A stretch of 53,690 nucleotides of DNA, from the NCBI GenBank assembly GCA_964570465.1, contig CAZMYG010000003.1, forward strand, positions 7,740 through 61,429, written 5' to 3'. Shown here in pieces: positions 20,385 to 30,107 of the stretch. A program made the position numbers and the translations under genes. Source of the stretch: an uncultured Planctomycetales bacterium. GTDB taxonomy: Bacteria; Planctomycetota; UBA1135; CAZMYG01. Position 1 is the first letter of the stretch; each line of letters opens with the position of its first letter. The notes under the pieces were generated by a model. It searched no databases. It had not been told where the DNA came from and worked only from the letters and a program-made list of their open reading frames with translations.

Positions 20385-21545
20385 CTATTGGCACCGCATC
20401 TGCAGACAAGGAGCGTTTATACAACTGTTGCAAGCCCAGCTTGGGATGGCTAACCAACCCGTACATGTTGATTCCGGGACAGGGGGATCGCAACTAAGGG
20501 GATAGGTATTCGGATTCCCAATGCAGTTTGTGTGTGGATTTGACGGGGTTCCGCACCCATACCAGCAGCGTTCGGAATTTCCTATCTTGCACACTTGGAC
20601 TTCTACTTGGTAGATAGCCGTTTTCAGGCTTCGGCATTCGTGGCAAGAACAGTGGTTGGATGGGGTATCCTCACTGACCGTGCAAGAAGCTTCGGCGCAT
20701 GCAGATTGTCCAGATATGATTGCACCTGCGATTTCAAATCCCAATTGTGTAGAAAGGCCAAAGGCTGCAGAGATGGTTCCTCCTAAAGAGGTTTGAGATT
20801 CTCCACAGACATTAGCGGTCGCAGTAACCGATTCAAAAATGCCATTACAAGTAGTCATTGCTTGGCTTGAAGGGGCAGTTTTGTAGCGGAAGTTTGCGAT
20901 GAATCGTCCGCTGTGGGTAATGACGGTTGGAATTAAAACTCCTCCTTGAGGTACAGAAATTCCGTCTTCGGTCGAGTAATAAGGCCCCAAGTCAAGGCTT
21001 GGACTTGGAGGAGGTGGAGGGCAGGCGTTAACTTGTCCTCCGATTCCAGGTATCGATGGATTGAGAACAGGAAAAAGGGATCCACCAGGCTGGGTGTTCA
21101 TCGAAAAAATGAAGCTTCCATATCCTTCGATATCTCCAAACCTGCTTTCTATGACACTGATCCCCCAAAAACCTTGTTCGCTGTTCCCAATTAGTGTTTC
21201 GTCTTCGATTGAAAAAATGTCGACGAGGGTTTCTTCATTGAGCGAAGCGATTCTTGTCTGCGAAGTAAAAGTTTTTCGTTCTTTCTGGAATACAGCTCGA
21301 AGTACTCCAGTTTGAATTTGGTCCGAATCAGCAACGCATAGAATTCCGAAAATAGCCCCATCTTCTAAAGACAATTCGTCAGCGCGGTCTTGAGATATCA
21401 AGGCAAAATCACCGTTACCCACATAAGAAGCGGCGTAAGTGCGAATCGGCAAATATGGATCTTTATCGTCCTGCTGTGCCGAGAGCGATTTGAAATTACC
21501 TAGAAAAAGAGAAAGCAAAGTAGTGATGTACCCAAAAGTTCTCAT
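20385..21545 (-). CDS. Secreted hypothetical protein with Pro linker and Cys-rich C-terminal half
   Basis: Signal peptide ending SLSA-QQ, a CPPPPPSPS linker, then 17 further Cys; AAGGAG RBS. Confidence 0.75.
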   Translation of the reverse strand: MRTFGYITTLLSLFLGNFKSLSAQQDDKDPYLPIRTYAASYVGNGDFALISQDRADELSLEDGAIFGILCVADSDQIQTGVLRAVFQKERKTFTSQTRIASLNEETLVDIFSIEDETLIGNSEQGFWGISVIESRFGDIEGYGSFIFSMNTQPGGSLFPVLNPSIPGIGGQVNACPPPPPSPSLDLGPYYSTEDGISVPQGGVLIPTVITHSGRFIANFRYKTAPSSQAMTTCNGIFESVTATANVCGESQTSLGGTISAAFGLSTQLGFEIAGAIISGQSACAEASCTVSEDTPSNHCSCHECRSLKTAIYQVEVQVCKIGNSERCWYGCGTPSNPHTNCIGNPNTYPLSCDPPVPESTCTGWLAIPSWACNSCINAPCLQMRCQ

Positions 21546-21791
21546 AGCATCTCCTTAGGTTTATGAGTGTTGCAAAAACAGCCGTTGCGTTTCTATGTAG
21601 TCCGTAGAGAGCGAAACGGTTATGCAAGGAATTAGCGTTTAATCGCTATTTTTTACGCCATGGGATTTGGAAAATCTTATGAAGTGGCCATAACATATTG
21701 ACAAAATGGGTAGTTGCGATTGACTATCATTAAGCAAGAAAGTTGGAGAAAAGTTAGAGAAGAGTGCTACTAACTCCAGCTTTCAGTAACA

Positions 21792-22394
21792 ATGTCTACT
21801 TCACCACGTTTTGCAAAGCCGTCTACCACGCTTTTTGAGAAAGCCCGACAAGGGGATTCTGCTGCGGTGGATCAGCTTCTTTCGTTGATTTACCGGGAAT
21901 TGCATGAGATGGCGCATCGCAAGATGTGTGGAGAGCGGGTTAGGAAAACACTTCAAACCACCGCGTTAATCAATGAAGCCTATCTTCGATTATTTAGAGA
22001 TAAGCGATTTTCTTGGGAGAACCGGGCACACTTTTTCGCTTCTGCTGCGGAAGCCATGCGCCATGTCTTAGTAGATCACGCTCGGGCGCGTCTGCGCGTG
22101 AAACGTGGCGCGGGAAAAGAAGCAATGGCGCTTGAAGGATGGGATATTCAAGTTGCGGAGGGAGGGAGCTTGAGTCCCGAAGAACTCTTGGATCTCGATG
22201 AGGCGCTGTCGCGATTGGAGCAAATCGAGCCTCGAATGGCTTCCATTGTGAAGCTTCGCTATTTTGCGGGCATGACCATTGAGGAAACCGCGCAATCCTT
22301 GGAGCTGAGCGCGCGTAGCGTCAACCGAGATTGGATTGCGGCAAAGGCGTGGCTGCACAATGAATTGAGCAAAGGAGCTGAGCAAAGCGAGTGA
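21792..22394 (+). CDS. ECF sigma factor of the kinase-associated, planctomycete-enriched type (TIGR02999-like)
   Basis: IYRELHEMA, TLQTTALINEAYLRL, HFFASAAEAMRHVLVDHAR, LRYFAGMT and RDWIAAKAWL motifs. Confidence 0.9.
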   Translation: MSTSPRFAKPSTTLFEKARQGDSAAVDQLLSLIYRELHEMAHRKMCGERVRKTLQTTALINEAYLRLFRDKRFSWENRAHFFASAAEAMRHVLVDHARARLRVKRGAGKEAMALEGWDIQVAEGGSLSPEELLDLDEALSRLEQIEPRMASIVKLRYFAGMTIEETAQSLELSARSVNRDWIAAKAWLHNELSKGAEQSE

Positions 22395-22395
22395 A

Positions 22396-24621
22396 ATGGG
22401 TTCTAAACAAGTAGAAACCTTACGCGAAGTTTGGCGGATTTTTCATGAAGCGTTGGAGAAAAAGGGGGGAGAACGAGAATCTTTTCTCAAGAGCGCATGT
22501 CGTGAAGACAACGGGCTGAAACAAAGAGTCGAAGAACTTTTACATTCCCACGAAAATGCACCCGGCTTTTTAGAGACCCCTGCGATTTCGCGACCAACTC
22601 CGGCATCAGAACTTTCCGCAGGCAATCATTTGGGTCAATACACTCTTTTCAAAGAGATTGGTCGCGGCGGAATGGGTGTGATTTACGAAGCCGAGCAATC
22701 TCATCCGCATCGAAAAGTGGCGCTGAAGCTTTTGCATGGCGCGCTAGTTTCTAAAAGTTTTCTTAATCGCTTTGAGCGAGAAGCGGAAATTTTAGCTCGC
22801 CTGCAACACCCCGGGATTGCGCAAGTTTTTGAATCCGGCTCTGTAGATACCCCAACGGGTGCTCAACCCTATTTCGCAATGGAATTGGTTCGTGGGAAGA
22901 CACTGAACGAGTATTGCGAAGAGGAAAAACTTTCCACGCGGGAACGGTTAAAACTTCTCATTCAGATTGCCCAGGCAGTGCAATACGCGCATCAGCAGGG
23001 AGTGATCCATCGCGATTTGAAGTCTGCGAACATACTCGTCGATCAATCCGGGAAAACAAAGATTCTGGATTTTGGCGTTGCTCGAATTCAAAGCGCAGAT
23101 TTGCAGGCGATGACTTTGCAAACTAAAGGCGGCGATTTTCTAGGGACTTTACCCTATATGAGTCCGGAGCAATTGGAATCTCATCTCGAATCGGTCGATA
23201 CTCGTGCCGATGTTTATGCGCTCGGCGTGATTGGCTACGAACTGCTCGCCGGGCGTTTGCCATTCGACGTGAGCGATATCAGTCTTACAGAAGCAGTCCG
23301 AATCATTTCGCACGATACTCCACTATTGTTAGGTACTTTCAATCGAGAATTCCGCGGCGATCTGGAAACGATTTTTGCTAAAGCATTGGAGAAGGAAAAA
23401 GAGCGCCGTTACGCTTCGGCTTCGGAGTTTGCTGCAGACCTGGAGCGTTATTTAGATTCGCGACCGATTTTGGCTCGCCCACCGAGCACGAGCTATCAAT
23501 TCAGAAAATTTGTGCAGCGGCATAAGTTGCCTACAGCTTTGTTCTGTACTCTCTTTCTTTCGCTCTGCGGATTTTTGATTTATGCATCCACTCAAGCGGA
23601 GCGATTAAGGAAAGAACGCGATCGAGCGCTCCAGGCAGAATCTTTGGCAGAAAAAAAGGCCCATGAGGCTCAGCAAGCTGAAAAACTTGCTCAGGAAAAT
23701 GCGGTGGCGGCACAACTCGCAGAGAATCTTGCCGAAAAGCAATCGGAGGAAGCTAGCCTTCAAGCAAAACTCGCGAAAGAGGAGGCGGAAAAAGCCACCA
23801 AGATCGCCGATTTTTTCCAAGAGATGTTTATTCTCGCTATCCCCGACAAGAATGGCCCGAAAGTCACCCTGCTTGAAGCTTTAGATTTGACTGAATCCAG
23901 AATTGGGAAGGATTTGGCTTTTGCGCCAGAGATTGAACGATCTTTACGCGAACTTTTAGTTCAAGTGTTTGGCATGGTAGGTCAGCGTGAGCAAGCGCAC
24001 AGACAAGCACACAGAGCTTTAGAACTCAGCGAAGAGCTTTATGGGGAAGAGCACCCCCTTCATATCCGTGCACTGATGGCCTACGGGAGTTCGTTGTCTT
24101 TGTTGGGAGAGATTCAGGAGGCCGAACGTACGTTGAGAAGGGCGCGAGCGCTATCTCAAAGTGGACCAGGTGCGGATGCCGAAACCTTTCTTGCAGCGAC
24201 AAATTCTTTGGGCGGACTTTTTCAGAAAACAAAACGAAGGCAGGCGGCGAAGGAGCTTTATGAGGAATCGATTGGAATCTCTAAGTTGCTTTATGGCGAG
24301 GAGAGCTGGATTACGCTGACGATGCAAAACCAAATGGGGACGACTTTGATCAATCTACAAGAACTCGCGCAAACAGAACCATTTTTGAGAAAAACCTTGG
24401 AAGATTGTAAGCGGCTTACAGGAGAGAAGAGCACAATGACTCTTCTTGCTACGGCAAATTTGTCCGTCGCACTTTTCAACGGGAAAAAATACGAGGAAGC
24501 GAGGGCATTGTGTCGACGCGCCGTTGAGTTGTTTGAAACCGTTGTTGGAAAAGATCACCCGGACACGATGGAATTCATGAAAAAGGCCGAAGTGATTTTG
24601 GCTTCCAAAGGACAGAGCTAG
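22396..24621 (+). CDS. Hanks-type Ser/Thr protein kinase with TM helix, coiled coil and TPR repeats
   Basis: IGRGGMG, VALK, HRDLKSAN, DFG, GTLPYMSPEQ and DVYALG motifs; TM segment; G.EHP-type TPR units. Confidence 0.93.
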   Translation: MGSKQVETLREVWRIFHEALEKKGGERESFLKSACREDNGLKQRVEELLHSHENAPGFLETPAISRPTPASELSAGNHLGQYTLFKEIGRGGMGVIYEAEQSHPHRKVALKLLHGALVSKSFLNRFEREAEILARLQHPGIAQVFESGSVDTPTGAQPYFAMELVRGKTLNEYCEEEKLSTRERLKLLIQIAQAVQYAHQQGVIHRDLKSANILVDQSGKTKILDFGVARIQSADLQAMTLQTKGGDFLGTLPYMSPEQLESHLESVDTRADVYALGVIGYELLAGRLPFDVSDISLTEAVRIISHDTPLLLGTFNREFRGDLETIFAKALEKEKERRYASASEFAADLERYLDSRPILARPPSTSYQFRKFVQRHKLPTALFCTLFLSLCGFLIYASTQAERLRKERDRALQAESLAEKKAHEAQQAEKLAQENAVAAQLAENLAEKQSEEASLQAKLAKEEAEKATKIADFFQEMFILAIPDKNGPKVTLLEALDLTESRIGKDLAFAPEIERSLRELLVQVFGMVGQREQAHRQAHRALELSEELYGEEHPLHIRALMAYGSSLSLLGEIQEAERTLRRARALSQSGPGADAETFLAATNSLGGLFQKTKRRQAAKELYEESIGISKLLYGEESWITLTMQNQMGTTLINLQELAQTEPFLRKTLEDCKRLTGEKSTMTLLATANLSVALFNGKKYEEARALCRRAVELFETVVGKDHPDTMEFMKKAEVILASKGQS

Positions 24622-25583
24622 TTTCGGTTATCTCTTCGAAGAAAATTTAGAAAATCGTTCATATCTTTGTGAAGTGGCGCTTCAAAGGAAATTCGATCTC
24701 CCGTTTTGGGGTGCAGGAAAGAGATCGAAAAAGCGTGTAGGAATTGACGATGCACGGGAGGGAGTTCTTTTTTAGGGGCATTCCAAACAGCTCCGCTCAC
24801 TCGATACAGGCGGTCGCCTACAATCGGATGACCTAGGTGACTCAAATGTACTCGAATTTGATGTGTTCTCCCTGTTTGAGGGCAACATCGGACATAGCTG
24901 AAATCCGCGAATCTCTCCAAGGTTTCGTAATAAGTAGAAGACTCCTTTCCATCCGCGCGCAAGATCGCCATTTTCTCCGGATTTTTTGGATCTCGACCCA
25001 TCAGTCCTTCAATGTGATCGGAATCAAAACGCAATTTCCCTCGAACAATGGCGCGATACTCTTTCTCGATACTGCGATCTTTGAATTGTTTTCGCAACGA
25101 AAGAAAAGCTTCCTGAGTTTTTGCGAGCAACATGACTCCAGTCGTATCGCGATCGAGTCGGTGCACAATTCCAGGACGATCTTCTCCTTGTCCTCTGGGC
25201 AAAGCGTTCCCAAACATCGCAAGCGCGGCATCGGCGACGGTGTCATGCTCAGAACTGGTATTTGGGTGAGAAGACATTCCTGCGGGTTTATCGATCAGTG
25301 CGAGATCTGCGTCTTGAAAAATGATTTTCAATGGTTGTCGTGAAGCTTCGCTTGCGGCAGCTTGACGGCGCGGGACTAACTGAACCTGAATGGTTTCGTC
25401 TGCTACGAGAATTTTCCCGGGCTTTGTGATCACACGTTGGTTAACTGAGACAAAACCTTTTTCAATCAACTCTTTGAGATAGGTTCTAGAAAAATCGGGA
25501 ATGAGTTCGTGCAGCGCCTTATCGAGGCGCTGTCCAATCAGTTTCCCAGAAACTGTGCTGTGGAACTCCTTCTCTTCGGACAT
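24618..25583 (-). CDS. rluD: RluA/RluD-family 23S rRNA pseudouridine synthase with S4 domain
   Basis: RLDKAL S4 domain; DKPAG, RPGIVHRLDRDTTG, TGRTHQIRVH and LHA motifs. Confidence 0.9.
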   Translation of the reverse strand: MSEEKEFHSTVSGKLIGQRLDKALHELIPDFSRTYLKELIEKGFVSVNQRVITKPGKILVADETIQVQLVPRRQAAASEASRQPLKIIFQDADLALIDKPAGMSSHPNTSSEHDTVADAALAMFGNALPRGQGEDRPGIVHRLDRDTTGVMLLAKTQEAFLSLRKQFKDRSIEKEYRAIVRGKLRFDSDHIEGLMGRDPKNPEKMAILRADGKESSTYYETLERFADFSYVRCCPQTGRTHQIRVHLSHLGHPIVGDRLYRVSGAVWNAPKKELPPVHRQFLHAFSISFLHPKTGDRISFEAPLHKDMNDFLNFLRRDNRN

Positions 25584-25596
25584 GCAGAATCAATCT

Positions 25597-28257
25597 CTAT
25601 AGACCTTTTAGGTTGTCAGCGAGCAGTTGTAACTCACGTTCCATGTCCGTGAGTCGTTTTTTTTCGCTTTCTACGATTTCTGGATCTGCGTTTTTGACAA
25701 AAGCTTTGTTTGCAAACTTCGCTTGGACGGTTTTGATCCCGGATTGAACTTTTTCCATTTTCTTTTGCAGCATTTGTTTTTGCGCGCCGATATCTGTCCC
25801 TTCTGGAAGCGGAACATAGACAAGACCACCATGCCAAACATCGAGCACGGAAGATTTGGGGCGAGGGAGTTTCTTTCCGATCGTGAGATCTTCAATTCCC
25901 GCCCAGTGAGCGATCAATTTCACATTGTGCTGAATTTCTGCACTGGAAAATTTGCTTTCGTTCTCTACCGAGATCTGCACTTGCAGTTGCGTCGCGCCAT
26001 CGAGGACGTTTACCGCGCGGATATTGCGAATTGCGCGTACGGCATCCTGTATGCCAGACATTAAGTTTTCCGCATCGCTATCGGGCGAGCCCGCTTCCTG
26101 GTTTTTAGGCCAAGATGCGACGATCAATAGAGCCGCGTCGTCTTTCGAATTGCGAAATGCTTTCAATTTGCCCCAGATTTCTTCACTGATGTAAGGAGTG
26201 AAAGGGTGGAGCAGCCGCAGACTAGAATCCAGCACCTGTACCAGTATCGCTCGAGCCATCTCGCGGTCGGGACCGGGTTGGGAGAGTCGAGGCTTCACCG
26301 CTTCTAGATACCAATCACAGAAATCGTTCCAAATAAAACTGTAAAGAGTCTGCGCGGCGTCGTTGAGTCGGTAGCCTTCTAGAGCCTCAGTCACTTTCGA
26401 AATCGTTTCGTAGAGCCGCGAGCGAATCCAACGGTCTTCGAGTCGGATTGCCTGATTGGGATCTGCCTTTGGCGTGCCTTCAAGATTCATCAACACGAAT
26501 CGCGATGCGTTCCAGATTTTGTTGCAGAAATTGCGGCCCTGAAGAATTTTGTCCTTCGCGAGTTTTACGTCCTGTCCTTCTTTGGTCAGGATCATCAACG
26601 AATAGCGAGTCGCGTCCGCGCCGTATTGCTCGATGAGTTCGAGTGGATCGATGCCATTGCCGAGAGACTTCGACATCTTGCGGCCCTGCGCGTCGAGAAT
26701 CGTGCCGTGGATATAGACATCAGAGAATGGAATTTTTCCTGTGAGATCCAAACCCGCCATCACCATGCGCGCGACCCAGAAGAAAATGATGCCACGATCG
26801 GTGGAAAGTAAATTCGTCGGGTAAAAAGTTTTGAGATCTTGTGTGTCGTCCGGCCAACCGAGAGTGGAGAAAGGCCAAAGCTGACTGGAGAACCAGGTGT
26901 CGAGCACGTCTGGATCCTGAGTGAGTTTTGAACTCTTACACTTCGCGCATTGTTTTGGATCTTCGAGATACGCTTTACGTTCCCCGCAGCTCTCGCAATG
27001 CCAAACGGGAATTTGATGTCCCCACCAAAGTTGTCGGCTGATACACCAATCGTGAATATTCTCGAGCCAAGAGAGATAGAAATTTTCCCAGCGCGCGGGA
27101 TGGAATTTGATCAGTCCTTTTTTCTGTGCCTCAATCGCCTTTTCGGCGAAAGGTTTCATCTTCACGAACCATTGTTCGGAGAGATAAGGCTCGACGACGG
27201 TGTCGCAGCGATAGCAGCGGCCAACCGCATGTTGATGATCTTCTACACCGGCGAGTAATCCTTGTGCTTCGAGATCAGCAACGATTTGTTTGCGCGCTTC
27301 GAAACGATCGAGTCCGCGATATTTCTCCGGGGCGTTTTCGTTGATCTTGCCGTCCGGGGTCATGATGTTTATTTGTTCGAGTTTGTGACGCTGGCCCAAA
27401 CCGAAGTCATTTGGATCGTGCGCGGGCGTGACCTTCACCGCACCTGTGCCGAATTTTGCGTCGACCATATTGTCAGCGACGATGGAGAGCTCGCGGCCCA
27501 CGAGTGGGAGAACTAATTTCTTCCCAACGAATTTTTTATAGCGCGTGTCTTCGGGATTCACCGCAACGGCGACGTCACCCAACATCGTTTCCGGGCGCGT
27601 GGTCGCCACTTCAATCGAAGCGCCTGCCCCGTCCTTCATTGGATAGCGAATGCGCCAGAGATGGCCTTTGGTTTCTTTATGTTCGGACTCTTCATCAGAG
27701 AGCGCCGTTTGGCAGCGCGTGCACCAATTCACAATGTACTTGCCGCGATAGATCAGGCCTCGATCGAACCATTTCACGAACGCCGTGCGCACGGCGCGCG
27801 AGAGACCTTCATCCATCGTGAATCGCGTACGCGACCAATCGCAGGAAGAACCTAGTCGGCGGAGTTGGCTGAGAATTCGTTTTTCGTACACCTCTTTCCA
27901 ATTCCAAACTTCTTTGAGAAAGGCTTCGCGGCCGAGTTGATGGCGGTTCTTTCCCTGTTTCTTAAGTTCTTTTTCGACGACGTTCTGCGTCGCGATTCCG
28001 GCGTGATCCGTGCCTGGCATCCACAACGCTTTTTTCCCCTGCATGCGCTGAAAGCGAATCACCACATCTTGAATGGTGTTGTTAAGTCCATGACCCATGT
28101 GTAAAGCGCCAGTCACATTGGGTGGTGGAATCATGATGGTGAAAGACTGGGCCTTGGATTTTTCATCCGGACGGAAAAAACCACCTTCTTCCCAAGATTT
28201 GTAAATTCCTGGTTCAATGGAAGCGGGTTCGAAACGGGTTCCTAATGTTTCTGTCAT
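25597..28257 (-). CDS. valS: Valine--tRNA ligase
   Basis: PPPNVTGALHMGH (HIGH), DHAGIATQ, DWCISRQLWWGH and KMSKS motifs; C-terminal coiled coil. Confidence 0.97.
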   Translation of the reverse strand: MTETLGTRFEPASIEPGIYKSWEEGGFFRPDEKSKAQSFTIMIPPPNVTGALHMGHGLNNTIQDVVIRFQRMQGKKALWMPGTDHAGIATQNVVEKELKKQGKNRHQLGREAFLKEVWNWKEVYEKRILSQLRRLGSSCDWSRTRFTMDEGLSRAVRTAFVKWFDRGLIYRGKYIVNWCTRCQTALSDEESEHKETKGHLWRIRYPMKDGAGASIEVATTRPETMLGDVAVAVNPEDTRYKKFVGKKLVLPLVGRELSIVADNMVDAKFGTGAVKVTPAHDPNDFGLGQRHKLEQINIMTPDGKINENAPEKYRGLDRFEARKQIVADLEAQGLLAGVEDHQHAVGRCYRCDTVVEPYLSEQWFVKMKPFAEKAIEAQKKGLIKFHPARWENFYLSWLENIHDWCISRQLWWGHQIPVWHCESCGERKAYLEDPKQCAKCKSSKLTQDPDVLDTWFSSQLWPFSTLGWPDDTQDLKTFYPTNLLSTDRGIIFFWVARMVMAGLDLTGKIPFSDVYIHGTILDAQGRKMSKSLGNGIDPLELIEQYGADATRYSLMILTKEGQDVKLAKDKILQGRNFCNKIWNASRFVLMNLEGTPKADPNQAIRLEDRWIRSRLYETISKVTEALEGYRLNDAAQTLYSFIWNDFCDWYLEAVKPRLSQPGPDREMARAILVQVLDSSLRLLHPFTPYISEEIWGKLKAFRNSKDDAALLIVASWPKNQEAGSPDSDAENLMSGIQDAVRAIRNIRAVNVLDGATQLQVQISVENESKFSSAEIQHNVKLIAHWAGIEDLTIGKKLPRPKSSVLDVWHGGLVYVPLPEGTDIGAQKQMLQKKMEKVQSGIKTVQAKFANKAFVKNADPEIVESEKKRLTDMERELQLLADNLKGL

Positions 28258-28369
28258 GGTTTTTGCAGGTGAAAGATTTGTTTTGATATATCACATTGAA
28301 ATATTGATGGTTAGAGGGGAGTGAGAAATTGGCAATCGAGTGGCCTGTTCTGCTGTCAATAAATTAGGG

Positions 28370-28400
28370 TTGACTCCAGTTTACTCATGAGTAAACTGGA
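28370..28400 (+). promoter_or_regulatory. 26-bp perfect palindrome overlapping a putative sigma70 promoter
   Basis: TCCAGTTTACTCATGAGTAAACTGGA at 28375-28400; TTGACT (28370)-N16-TAAACT (28392). Confidence 0.6.
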
Positions 28401-28423
28401 CATATATCCGCTTTACTAATGTC

Positions 28424-29584
28424 ATGAACTCTCAGCCAGAACGCTATATCCAAGAAAACGCTCTCGACGATTTGAAAGAGAAAATGATCTTCGTCGGCGG
28501 TCCCCGCCAAGTAGGAAAGACCACTTTTGCTTTGTCCGTTCTTTCCAAACTCGTTCGGGGCGAGGTAACTAAGAATCATCCTGCCTATCTGAATTGGGAC
28601 ATTTTGCAGCATCGCAAAGAAATTCGCCAAGCAGCCATCGCACCGAACCAACCCTTAATCGTTCTCGATGAGGTTCACAAATACCCGAGGTGGCGAAATC
28701 TGATGAAGGGTTTGTTCGATCAGTATGCGCCTAAAATATCCTTTCTCGTGACAGGTTCAGCGAGACTCGATTATTACAGCAAGGGCGGGGACTCCTTGAT
28801 GGGTCGCTATCATTACTATCGATTGCATCCCTTTTCTCTGCGCGAGCTAAACAAAACTCCTAGCGCCCAAGATGTAAGTCTTCTGCTTCGTTTTGGTGGT
28901 TTCCCAGAACCGTTATTTCGAGGCAGCGAGACTGCGTGGCGTCGCTGGCAAGAGGAGCGTATCCATCAAGTGTTGCAAGAGGATGTCAGGGATTTGGAGA
29001 GGGTTCGCGAGATTGGCTTACTGGATCTTCTCGTAGACGCCCTTCCGGAGCGAATCGGTTCGCCTCTTTCTATTCAGGCGCTACGCGAAGATTTAGTAGT
29101 CGATCACAAAACGGTCGAGAATTGGCTTCGCATTTTAGAGAGACTCTATGTTTGCTTTCGCATCGCACCCTTTGGATCACCAAAAATCCGCGCGGTCAAA
29201 AAGTCCAACAAGCTTTATCTCTGGGATTGGTCAATGGCTCCAGAAGGAGGGCCGCGTTTCGAAAATCTGGTCGCCTCTCAGCTTTTGAAGTATTGCCATT
29301 TCCTCCAAGACACGCAGGGCTACAGAATGGAATTGCGATTTATCCGAGACACGGACCTGCGGGAGGTGGATTTCGTTGTCCTCCAAAACAAAAAGCCTCT
29401 ATTTGCGGTCGAGTGCAAATCCGGCGAAAAAGAAGTATCGCCAGCCCTGCGTTATTTCCGCCAGCGAACGAACATTCCTCGTTTCTTTCAAGTGCATCTA
29501 GGCACGAGAGATTACGGCGATGATGAAGTAGATGTACGCGTGCTGCCGTTCCACAAATTTTGCTCGGAGCTTCGGTTGCCTTAA
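28424..29584 (+). CDS. AAA+ ATPase (AAA_14) with DUF4143 / PD-(D/E)xK-like C-terminus
   Basis: Walker A GPRQVGKT, Walker B IVLDEVH, TGSA, GGFPE, KLYLWD and EVDFV...AVECK. Confidence 0.88.
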   Translation: MNSQPERYIQENALDDLKEKMIFVGGPRQVGKTTFALSVLSKLVRGEVTKNHPAYLNWDILQHRKEIRQAAIAPNQPLIVLDEVHKYPRWRNLMKGLFDQYAPKISFLVTGSARLDYYSKGGDSLMGRYHYYRLHPFSLRELNKTPSAQDVSLLLRFGGFPEPLFRGSETAWRRWQEERIHQVLQEDVRDLERVREIGLLDLLVDALPERIGSPLSIQALREDLVVDHKTVENWLRILERLYVCFRIAPFGSPKIRAVKKSNKLYLWDWSMAPEGGPRFENLVASQLLKYCHFLQDTQGYRMELRFIRDTDLREVDFVVLQNKKPLFAVECKSGEKEVSPALRYFRQRTNIPRFFQVHLGTRDYGDDEVDVRVLPFHKFCSELRLP

Positions 29585-29599
29585 GAATCGATGCTGCGA

Positions 29600-30025
29600 T
29601 TAGAGGTCGATTTCGAAAAATCCTAAGTCAGGTCGCGGGCGACGCGAAATTGGCGTATCGCTTGCGCCGTGTAAGAAAAACTCCCCCGTACACGAGACAG
29701 TGCCTTTGAAAAAATGCCCGCCGTGCACGCGAAACAATTTGTCTGAAAACACACCGTGAAGATGGGCGAAGGGGGCGCCTTCTTTAACCGTGATATTCCC
29801 ACTCAAAGAAAGAATCTCGAGATCTTCCTCAATCGTCCATCTGCGATATTGCTTGGTGTTCATGTCCAGATAGCCGAGTTCTACATTTTTCGCAGCGCCG
29901 ATGCCCCGGATTGAACCAAAAGCAATGCCTTCTTTTTTGAAAAAACTCGTCAGCGTTTCGCTGATTTCTTCCCCCAAGTCCACGCGAATCAGATATTGTC
30001 CGTCACCGGTTTTCTTGCTTTTCAT
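29600..30025 (-). CDS. PPC/DUF296 domain protein
   Basis: GIGA, EILSLSGNI, HLH and GGH motifs. Confidence 0.88.
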   Translation of the reverse strand: MKSKKTGDGQYLIRVDLGEEISETLTSFFKKEGIAFGSIRGIGAAKNVELGYLDMNTKQYRRWTIEEDLEILSLSGNITVKEGAPFAHLHGVFSDKLFRVHGGHFFKGTVSCTGEFFLHGASDTPISRRPRPDLGFFEIDL

Positions 30026-30107
30026 AAGCGGCGGATCTTATCACAATCATCCGTTTCTCGTTCCGATCTCCAGGCAGACGATATGAAACAAACAATTTAA
30101 ATTCTCC

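Noticed and set aside
23620-23800. Roughly 14-residue Ala/Glu/Gln periodicity in the kinase
   Set aside because: Ordinary coiled-coil linker of this kinase type; no DNA-level tandem repeat seen.
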